A stretch of DNA of 64,000 bases. Origin: Mobula hypostoma (taxonomy: Eukaryota). The stretch covers positions 95,234,001 to 95,298,000 of the forward strand of contig NC_086108.1 of the NCBI RefSeq assembly GCF_963921235.1. The letters are read 5' to 3'. How positions within the stretch are numbered: position 1 is the stretch's first letter; every line of letters starts with the position of its first letter. Under the pieces are notes generated by a model. That model worked only from the letters and a program-made list of their open reading frames with translations. It searched no databases and was not told the DNA's origin. Position numbers and translations under genes: made by a program. Positions 63,355 through 64,000 of the stretch are shown piece after piece.

Positions 63355-63810
63355 AAAGTTCAGAATTAATTTACTATCAAAGTGTCATATTGCTTTGAGA
63401 TTAATTTTCTTGTAGGCATTTACAGGAAAAAAGAAATACAATAGAATATGGACAACGACCGATAAATAGTCAATATACAAAAGAAGACAATTTGTCTAAA
63501 TAAAATAAAAATACTGAAAACATGAGTTTTTGAAAGTGAGAGTGTAGATCGTAGAATCAGTTCAGAGTTGTGGTGAACTTAGTTATCCATGCTAGTTCAG
63601 GAGCCTGGTTGTTGTCGAGTAGTAACTGTTCCTGAAGCTGATGGTGTGGGATCTAAGGCTTCTGTACTTCTTGCCCAATGGTAGTAGCAAGAAGAGCATG
63701 GCCTGGTTGCTGGGGGTCCTTGATGATGCTACTTTCTTGTGGCAGCACTCCATGTAAGTGTACTCAATGATGGACTGGGTTGTATCCACTACTTTCTGTA
63801 GTGTCATCCC
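63355..63810 (-). mobile_element. Rex1/Babar-like 3' fragment
   Basis: LQKVVDT.QSI, LLPLG..YRSL and FRNSYY motifs, with a TTTGATAGTAAATT tail. Confidence 0.65.
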
Positions 63811-64000
63811 ACCATCCAGCACTATAATAACAGCATAATAGTCAGGAGACAGTAGTAGCAACGTAATCTTCTGGAAACTTCTGATTCAGACTTTCTAACT
63901 GAGCTTCTGAATTATTAAAACCTTTTCATGTTGATCTTTACATTTAAGTTCAGGTTCTTACCAAAATGCAAGTTCAAGAACAGCTAATTATCAAAAACGT

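Noticed and set aside
2491..63369. Numerous short antisense or alternative-frame ORFs in the track
   Set aside because: They are shadows of LINE and Penelope coding strands or chance ORFs in AT-rich intron, with no independent motifs.

Overview
Vertebrate genomic DNA, most likely from a cartilaginous fish (inferred from an HE1-type V-SINE, CR1 elements with (TTCTATGT)n tails and abundant Neptune-type Penelope elements). The window lies inside the EVI5 gene on the + strand. It holds four phase-0 coding exons of the C-terminal coiled coil (438-578, 36507-36665, 39513-39659, 41927-42022). The introns are packed with often nested transposable elements: CR1, Rex1/Babar, Penelope (with minimal hammerhead ribozymes), one near-intact full-length L1, Vingi and HERO fragments, Tc1 elements, SINEs and an internally deleted Academ DNA transposon (7251-13893; TAG...CTA TIRs, ATA target-site duplication). 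The most striking observation lies inside the Academ element: a 178-bp GC-rich piece of another host gene (CYHR1/ZFTRAF1 first coding exon) in exact circularly permuted order, as expected if a small DNA circle was opened and captured. All family and gene names come from motif recognition by eye; no database searches were run. Boundaries of old repeats are approximate.
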